A stretch of 51,985 nucleotides of DNA from a virus. Taxonomy: Duplodnaviria > Caudoviricetes. Made by a program: the position numbers and the translations under genes. Below, in pieces: positions 46,127 through 51,985 of the stretch. The DNA lies in the IMG/VR virus record IMGVR_UViG_3300037463_000009, positions 1 to 51,985 of that record; one strand, written 5' to 3'. Numbering within the stretch: the stretch's first letter is position 1; each line of letters begins with the position of its first letter. The notes under the pieces were generated by a model. The model was not told the DNA's origin. It searched no databases and worked only from the letters and a program-made list of their open reading frames with translations.

Positions 46127-46252
46127 CTATTCCAAGATCCAGACGGTGCCGCTGCGCCGGGTGCTGGCTGCGAGGTGCGACTTACCAGCACCAGCCTGGC
46201 CGGTGATGATGAACATGGACCCCGTACGGAACTGGTCGAGACGTTGAAACAT
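46127..46252 (-). pseudogene. Orphaned original 5' end of the Sak4-like ATPase gene
   Basis: MFQRLDQFRTGSMFIITGQAGAGKSHLAASTRRSGTVWILE* aligns with the first ~41 aa of 45444-44494. Confidence 0.85.
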
Positions 46253-46257
46253 CACCG

Positions 46258-46413
46258 TTACCTCACTTCCCGAAAGATAATTCGTGCGACGCAATAGCCA
46301 TAACGACCAACGCGCTGATAAACATGCAGTGATCGGCCAACCCATTTAGACCAGCGGCCTCGCTGGCGTACCTGCCATGCGTAACGCGGCTTTCTAAACG
46401 TATGTTCAGCCAT
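46258..46413 (-). CDS. 51-aa basic protein
   Basis: AGGAGG SD; MAEHTFRKPRYAWQVRQRGRW... Confidence 0.55.
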   Translation of the reverse strand: MAEHTFRKPRYAWQVRQRGRWSKWVGRSLHVYQRVGRYGYCVARIIFREVR

Positions 46414-46470
46414 AACTACCTCCTGTATCTGATCTTATGGTAACTCATACATGAGTCAGGTACGGTCACA

Positions 46471-46776
46471 TCAGTAGGGCATATCTCCCCCTGCTGGGCC
46501 GTCCAGAACCATCGGCGCGGCCACTTCACCCCGGCAGATCGGGCAGAGACGTGGACCGCCGTGGCGCTTCTTGAGCTGTCGCTCAAGCTGGCGACCGCCG
46601 CGCCACACCCGCGCAACCTTGAAATCAATGCCGGCGCGGTTGATCGCGGCCATCAGCTTCGCGCCATCGCCGCGCCGGTGCTGGGCCAGGCGACGACCCA
46701 GGTCATCCGTACTGCCGAGATAGTGCCGGGCGTGTGAGAAGTTGCGATCGAAGTGCAGCAAGTACACCACAGGCAT
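46471..46776 (-). CDS. Small stand-alone GIY-YIG nuclease
   Basis: VYLLHF...HYLGSTDDLGRRLAQH...LERQLK...CPIC. Confidence 0.85.
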   Translation of the reverse strand: MPVVYLLHFDRNFSHARHYLGSTDDLGRRLAQHRRGDGAKLMAAINRAGIDFKVARVWRGGRQLERQLKKRHGGPRLCPICRGEVAAPMVLDGPAGGDMPY

Positions 46777-47105
46777 TACGCACCCCGCTCACGCTCACGC
46801 TCAAGCGCCTTGATGCGGCGATTCGCTGCGTGGAGCAGCTGACAGGCGACGAGCAGAGCGGCCTGGGCGTTGTCGCGCTCCTGGCGGGTTTTGAGCAGCA
46901 GACGCAGCAGCTTGACGCAGCGGTCGCCGACCTGGTAGATGATGTGCGATTGCCAGGTCATCTGCGCCGCCTGCTCCTGGATCTTGGCAGCGTCGAGCTG
47001 GAGGAGCGCGTGCGCGGCCAGCCATCGCGCCGAATCACCATACTCGTCTTGGAGCGAGGCGGTGAGGGCGGCCAGTTCCTCAGCAGCGGGAGTAGAGATC
47101 GTCAT
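46776..47105 (-). CDS. Hypothetical coiled-coil protein
   Basis: AGGAGG SD; TAATG overlap. Confidence 0.7.
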   Translation of the reverse strand: MTISTPAAEELAALTASLQDEYGDSARWLAAHALLQLDAAKIQEQAAQMTWQSHIIYQVGDRCVKLLRLLLKTRQERDNAQAALLVACQLLHAANRRIKALERERERGA

Positions 47106-47157
47106 ATCGTCCTCCTGGGAGGCCGGGGAACACGATCCCCGGCCTGCTACTGGCTGG

Positions 47158-47811
47158 CTACTGGTTCGCCATGCGGTGGTAGTTGCGTCCAGCTATGGCG
47201 CGCGGCCCGGCACTGTTCAGCGCGTCCATGATGCCGCTGTCGTCGAGCAACTCGAAGATACTCCCGACCGCGCCGCTGTCGACTTGATCCCAGAGCGGAT
47301 CGGTTTCGTGCGGCTCGTCGGCCTGCTCGGCAGGCTGCTCCGTCGGCGTGGTCTTGATCTTCGTCAGCGTGGCATCGGCGAGCCAACCCTGTTCCCTGAT
47401 GTTTTTTGCCCACATATTCGCGAAGCTCGCGGCCTCGCGCTGGGCTTTCGGGCGCAGTGTGCGAATGGCGTCGCCGGCATCGTTCAGCAGCGCAACCTTG
47501 TGCCAGCCGCTGAGCTTAAGGCCGATAGCGATCGGTACCCAGTGCTCGCCGCTGGTCAGGAAGACCAGCTCGGGATCGGCAACCAGGTCGCCATGCTCAT
47601 CCTCGAAATAGTGCGCGACCGAGATTTGATGCGGCGCGATGCGCTCGATCGACAGGCGGTCGAACCCCAGCATGTCGAGCCGCAGATATGCCTCGGCGTA
47701 ACCGAGGTCGCAGCCGTGCTTTGCAGCAAGCTGCTCGATGATCTGCTGCATCTGGCGGGATGACTGGGCCGTGTGTGGTACAGTACTGGTTGTCGATGGG
47801 GGTGTCGTCAT
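47158..47811 (-). CDS. DUF6908-like protein
   Basis: ISVAHYFEDEHGDLVADPELVF...WAKNIREQGW. Confidence 0.65.
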   Translation of the reverse strand: MTTPPSTTSTVPHTAQSSRQMQQIIEQLAAKHGCDLGYAEAYLRLDMLGFDRLSIERIAPHQISVAHYFEDEHGDLVADPELVFLTSGEHWVPIAIGLKLSGWHKVALLNDAGDAIRTLRPKAQREAASFANMWAKNIREQGWLADATLTKIKTTPTEQPAEQADEPHETDPLWDQVDSGAVGSIFELLDDSGIMDALNSAGPRAIAGRNYHRMANQ

Positions 47812-47873
47812 GGCTGTTCTCCCTGTCGCGTGGCCTGCTGCGATGTTGTGGATCGCGGTGGGCCTTGTTTTTT

Positions 47874-48016
47874 GTCAAATTACTTGACTTGTGTCTATTA
47901 TATCGGATACTAGACTGTTGTCAAGTAACTTGAGGGAGCAGTTTTAGGGAATTACTAGACTCTTGACAATTAAAAAGATAGGGTATATGATTTGACTTGC
48001 GTCTAGTAACTAAGAC
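47874..48016. promoter_or_regulatory. Divergent sigma70 promoters with repeated GTC(A/T)AGTAA-type operators
   Basis: Left: TTGACA-16-TATAAT (47924-47897). Right: TTGACA-17-TATGAT (47963-47991). Palindromes at 47874, 47920, 48001. Confidence 0.8.
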
Positions 48017-48030
48017 GAAGGGAGGCAGTA

Positions 48031-48252
48031 ATGCTCGATCCATCCGATCTGATGGACATTCAAGAGGCTGTCAGATATTCACAGCTAACGCGACAACGCC
48101 TCTATCAACTGAAAGAGACAGTTGGGATTCAGTTCAAAGGGAACTGGTACTTTTCAAAACGAAAGCTTGATGAGTATCTGGCAGGCGAACGCAAACCTGG
48201 CCCACGCCCAAAAGAGGACGGCGCGGTGATGACTCCGGTCAGCGCAGCATAG
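48031..48252 (+). CDS. HTH_17/excisionase-like DNA-binding protein
   Basis: MDIQEAVRYSQLTRQRLYQL...WYFSKRKLDEYL; GGAGG SD. Confidence 0.8.
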   Translation: MLDPSDLMDIQEAVRYSQLTRQRLYQLKETVGIQFKGNWYFSKRKLDEYLAGERKPGPRPKEDGAVMTPVSAA

Positions 48253-48544
48253 GTGGGGAAACTACTAAGGAGTAGCAGGAGTTGGGCGCACCTGGAAAGC
48301 ACTACCCAACCCCTTACTGGAACCCTTGCGGGCCCGCAGCCATTCTAGCATTCGCTAACCAATGGTTGCAATAGAACACACAGTACAGGACGCGAAAAAT
48401 GCACGAAATACGCAAAGGCAAGAGCAGTACGCTTAAAAAATTGGTGGCCCACCCAGGCCGGTCAAGCAGAGTGAGCCACAGTTCTACATAGTGCCCAAGC
48501 GAGAGCACCTTACAAAGTGAATTATACCAAATGACACAAGGCCA

Positions 48545-49222
48545 TTATGGCAGAATTGGTTCCATGAGTTTTTCCGCCTCCTGCTGTTTTGTATGGCAGG
48601 ATTGAATTAAGGCGGTCGCCTCCTGGAACTCCGAGGCATCAGCATTATCCAGACCTTTCGCTACCTTCTGCGCACCTTCGTCACAATCGCTGGTTGCGTC
48701 GAGGAGCTTATCGTGACCTAACTGAGCTGCGGGTGGTACGTTCTGGATTTTTGTCATCGCCTCGTGGCCGTTACGAATTTTGGCGATCTGGGCGGCAACT
48801 TGAAGCTGCCAGGAGGTATCACCGAACTGTGGCTTATCGAAGAGTCGGCCAAATCCGCTCAGGCCATCGCCAATCTCTGAGAGTGCCGGTCCAGCCTGCC
48901 GGAAATACGCCACAACCGCAGGATCGGGTCCGGTCGTCGGCGTCTGTGGAACGGTCGTCGGCTCCGGCGTCAACGTTGGGAACGGTGTCCGGGTTGGTAC
49001 TGCGGTGGCCGTCGGTGCGACGGTTGGCTCGATCGTTGGGGTCGTGGGCCGATCGGTTGGTCGCTCGGCGACAGGCGTGGCCGCTGGAGGCGTAGCAGCC
49101 CGAAACGGCATACCGCAGATCCCGAGCAAGACAAAGAGCGCGAAAATCACGGCACCTTTGCCGAGGCAGCCGGAGCGCCACAGGCGGCCAGTCGCGGACA
49201 GGACGGAGCGAAGGGTGTTCAC
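48545..49222 (-). CDS. Membrane-anchored surface protein with a PT linker and helical domain
   Basis: TM AVIFALFVLLGICG; PT-rich linker; Cys pair. Confidence 0.7.
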   Translation of the reverse strand: MNTLRSVLSATGRLWRSGCLGKGAVIFALFVLLGICGMPFRAATPPAATPVAERPTDRPTTPTIEPTVAPTATAVPTRTPFPTLTPEPTTVPQTPTTGPDPAVVAYFRQAGPALSEIGDGLSGFGRLFDKPQFGDTSWQLQVAAQIAKIRNGHEAMTKIQNVPPAAQLGHDKLLDATSDCDEGAQKVAKGLDNADASEFQEATALIQSCHTKQQEAEKLMEPILP

Positions 49223-49425
49223 AGATTATCTTCCTTCTGGGAGGTGTGAGCGGGTTCGCCGCCGATTATACCGAGCCAGGAGGAGCAGCAGTAGACCGAT
49301 CGTGGCTAGTACGATCGGCGGGGTGGGATTACACGCGAATTACAGTCGAGATTTTGACAGTTTATGAATGGATCGGGTAGACCCTGATCCTGTACAATCG
49401 GACTCCAGGCGAGGAGGTAGAACAC

Positions 49426-50217
49426 ATGAGCCAACCATTTCAAGGGCCAGATCCAGAGAAAATCGCAGGGTTTACATCGGCGGGCGTCCATGATTACAAC
49501 CTGGGCGGACACGACTACACCGAGTCCGATAAGGCGATGGGCGATTGGATGACCGAGTACCTTCCCTGGGTTCCTCAGGGGATGCGCATTGGGCGCTGGT
49601 CGTTACAATATTTTGTCCAACAATTCGCTGAGGCGGGGATTACCCACTATATCGATCTGGCAACCGGCTACCCGTCGGACACCTATCCGCACACACACCT
49701 CCCACCAGAGTCGAAGATCATCTACAACGACATTGACCCGCGCGTGGTCGACAAAGCACGCAAGATGCTCGGTGATCAACCAAACATGCGCTATGTGCAA
49801 TCGAATATGCGGGATATTCGGAATATCCTAACGGTTGCGGAGGAGTTGTTCGGCGACGAGCGGCGCGTCGGGATCTCGATGGTCGGCGTAATCTTCTTCC
49901 TCAACGATGACGAGGTACGCGAGGTTTTCGACATTCTCTACGACTGGTGCGCGCCTGGATCGATGCTGGCGACCTCGACGTTCACCGCCGATCCGAATGA
50001 TCAGGGCTGGCAGATTACAAAGAGCCTATATGACGCTGCTGGCTTCACAGTCCACACCCGATCACCAGATGAAGTACTCCAGCTCGTCGGGCGGTGGCAG
50101 CTCAGTCCAGATGGATTTCCGCGTGCCGAGGTTCTCGCCGAGCGTGCGCTGGGCGCGTCAGTCGCGTTACTCAACGAGGGTGGGCAATTTGGGTACAGTG
50201 GCCTACTAATCCGCTAA
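49426..50217 (+). CDS. SAM-dependent methyltransferase (actinobacterial Methyltransf_19-like)
   Basis: HDYNLGGHD, YIDLATGYP, YNDIDPRV; GAGGAGG SD. Confidence 0.85.
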   Translation: MSQPFQGPDPEKIAGFTSAGVHDYNLGGHDYTESDKAMGDWMTEYLPWVPQGMRIGRWSLQYFVQQFAEAGITHYIDLATGYPSDTYPHTHLPPESKIIYNDIDPRVVDKARKMLGDQPNMRYVQSNMRDIRNILTVAEELFGDERRVGISMVGVIFFLNDDEVREVFDILYDWCAPGSMLATSTFTADPNDQGWQITKSLYDAAGFTVHTRSPDEVLQLVGRWQLSPDGFPRAEVLAERALGASVALLNEGGQFGYSGLLIR

Positions 50218-50508
50218 ATCGTCCGGCGCTGGCGGAAGGGGTTTATGGCTCTTACCCTGGAGAGCGGGGAAGAAATATTCTGGGGACACATCAAAGAAAA
50301 TACAGAGTCCCTGGATAATTTTCCACCCAGGATTCTTGATGCGGCCTGTGCGGAGTTGGGAGATATGCTGAGGTGATACGTCGCCTGGCATCGCCGTCAC
50401 CACCTCATCGTACATGTAGCGTCGTCCTGATGGATGGCGACGGCGATCAAAGAGGTCGTCAAGAAGTTTTGCAAAGGTGTGCTCGGTGGATTTGGTCGTC
50501 ATGGGCAT
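50206..50508 (-). CDS. EspR-like XRE/HTH regulator (candidate repressor)
   Basis: FAKLLDDLF...HISQLRTGRIKNP...LCIFFDVSPEYF resembles EspR (YLSQLRSG..TNP..LANFF...YF). Confidence 0.8.
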   Translation of the reverse strand: MPMTTKSTEHTFAKLLDDLFDRRRHPSGRRYMYDEVVTAMPGDVSPQHISQLRTGRIKNPGWKIIQGLCIFFDVSPEYFFPALQGKSHKPLPPAPDDLAD

Positions 50509-50743
50509 CTCACAAAAAAAAGGAGTTGTCTTAAAGAATGCAATAAATTATACTTTATTTGTGACGCCTTGTTGCGCTCACAACGGGTCTGGTCCCACCC
50601 CCACACGAAAACCCGATTAAACACGCGACCTGCGCACCGATCGCTTTGGCCGGCAGAAGTGCGCAGGGGCGTGGGGTTTGGCGCATGAATTAACATGCGC
50701 TGAGCATCCCGTTGCCGGGATGCCTTTGTTGTACCGACAGAAC

Positions 50744-50759
50744 TGGGACACGTGTCCCA
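50744..50759. promoter_or_regulatory. 16-bp perfect palindrome, parS-like or operator
   Basis: TGGGACACGTGTCCCA. Confidence 0.55.
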
Positions 50760-50832
50760 ATTCGTCAAGGTTATTTTACAACACTGTTGACGAGACAACA
50801 ACCGTCGATTCAGCAGTTCGGTAGGGAACGGT

Positions 50833-50983
50833 ATGGCTACGTTAGACAATGACATGCGCGTGCTCGGCTATATCGTTCAATACCGAGCCGAACATGACGG
50901 ACACTCACCCTCGATCCGGGAGATCGCGCAGGAGACGGGGATTAAGCGATCAACGGTGCAAAACGCCGTAGGTCGACTATTAA
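50833..50983 (+). pseudogene. 5' half of the LexA-like wHTH (cro-position) gene, fused in frame to IS5 orfA
   Basis: YIVQYRAEHDGHSPSIREIAQETGIKRSTV, LexA N-domain pattern. Confidence 0.85.
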
Positions 50984-51858
50984 GTAACTATCTCAAAACG
51001 TGGTACGCTACCGGCATGAATAATCAACCCAACCCATTACCGACGATCTGGCGGATACCCGATGACCTGTGGGTCATGATCCAGCCGATCCTTGCGGAGC
51101 TTGACCCGCCCAAAAAGACGGGCCGCAAACGGATTGACAGTCAGGCGGCGCTCGATGCAATGATTTTCCGTCTGCGCTCGGGCTGCCAGTGGAACCAATT
51201 GCCGAAGGAGTTCCCGGATGATAGCTCGGTCCATCGCACGTTCCAGCGCTGGGTCGAACGCGGTGTCTTTGACCGCATCTGGGCCGTGCTCGTCGAAGCG
51301 TGCAACGAGCTTGGTGGTGTAGACTGGAGGTGGCAGGCGGCGGATGGCGCGCTGAGCAAAGCGCGTTTTGGGGGGATCAGATCGGCAGAAACCCGACGGA
51401 TCGCGGCAAACATGGAACCAAGCGCAGCCTGTTGACCGAAGCGACGGGCGGACCGCTGGCCGTGACGATTGCCGGCGCGAATCGGCACGATACGAAGCTG
51501 CTGCAAGCGACCTTGGATGCGATCATTGTGGCGCGCCCGCAACCAACGCCAGCCGCACCGCAGCATTTGTGCTTGGACAAAGGCTATGATAATCCAACAG
51601 GTCATACGACTGTTGCCGCAACTGGCTATGTGGCGCACATCCGCCGTATCGGTGAAGAAAAGGTGGATGCGACCGGCGCAAAGAGCTATCCGGCGCGGCG
51701 CTGGGTGGTCGAGCGCACCCATGCCTGGTTGAGCAAATGCCGCGCGATTTTGGTCCGCTACGACAAGCACAGCCACAACTACCTGGGCTTGCTCAAGTTG
51801 GCGTGTGTGCTCATCTGGTATCGGCGACATCATCAACTCACTGTTTTGAGATAGTTAC
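50984..51858 (+). mobile_element. IS5-family insertion sequence (875 bp, two-ORF type)
   Basis: Perfect 16-bp TIR GTAACTATCTCAAAAC; TAA target duplication at 50981-50983 and 51859-51861. Confidence 0.95.
51016..51854 (+). CDS. IS5 transposase (orfA/orfB joined by a -1 frameshift at TTTTGGGGGG, 51366-51375)
   Basis: LRSGCQWNQLP, RTFQRW; GRNPTDRGKHGTK, DKGYD, RWVVER. Confidence 0.9.
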
Positions 51859-51985
51859 TAAATGCTTACGATCCTCCGTATATCACGAAAGAAACGCAGA
51901 TCGCACGATCGATCCGGGAGACAGAAGCGGGGAAAGCTGCCTGGATCGAGTGGAAAAAACAACGCTCAGCCGATGCTGAGCGAAA
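51859..51985. repeat. Terminal direct repeat, copy 2
   Basis: Identical to 1-127. Confidence 0.95.

Noticed and set aside
46396-46407. Cheo-type SOS box (AAAC-N4-GTTC)
   Set aside because: Imperfect and inside a small ORF; no convincing box at the switch promoters
48253-48540. Structured RNA or single-strand origin in the intergenic gap
   Set aside because: Only short imperfect stems; nothing supportable by eye
49225-49345. Hydrophobic peptide IVLATIGLLLLLLARYNRRR on the minus strand
   Set aside because: No start codon after the upstream in-frame stop

Overview
Apparently complete, circular ~51.86 kb temperate siphovirus genome: the first 127 bp repeat exactly at the end, as expected for a k-mer overlap. 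The host is probably a filamentous Chloroflexota, inferred from a Chloroflexales-type SSB, a YLPxI-motif secreted protein and AGAACCA-like heptamer repeats. Layout: a rightward early operon (LexA-like wHTH gene split by an IS5 element, Rep, DnaC-like loader, RNase H, ParB, membrane protein + FtsK-like ATPase); a long leftward late operon (structured leader, secreted glycoside hydrolase, lysis genes, DNA methylase, terminase, portal, head, tail); and a leftward accessory/recombination arm (HNH, tyrosine recombinase next to a 14-6-14 lox-like site, SSB, RpoD-like sigma, Sak4-like ATPase with a GIY-YIG homing endonuclease). Several features suggest a phage-plasmid lifestyle. The most unusual candidates are: (1) a tandem attenuator RNA motif heading the late operon; (2) a tRNA(Gly)-like RNA, a DUF1778/TacA-like antitoxin tail and a GNAT in the same late transcript; (3) a TraB/FtsK-like plus membrane-protein module; (4) a homing endonuclease that supplies a recoded 5' end of its target gene. 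All family calls come from motif recognition by eye; no database searches were run.
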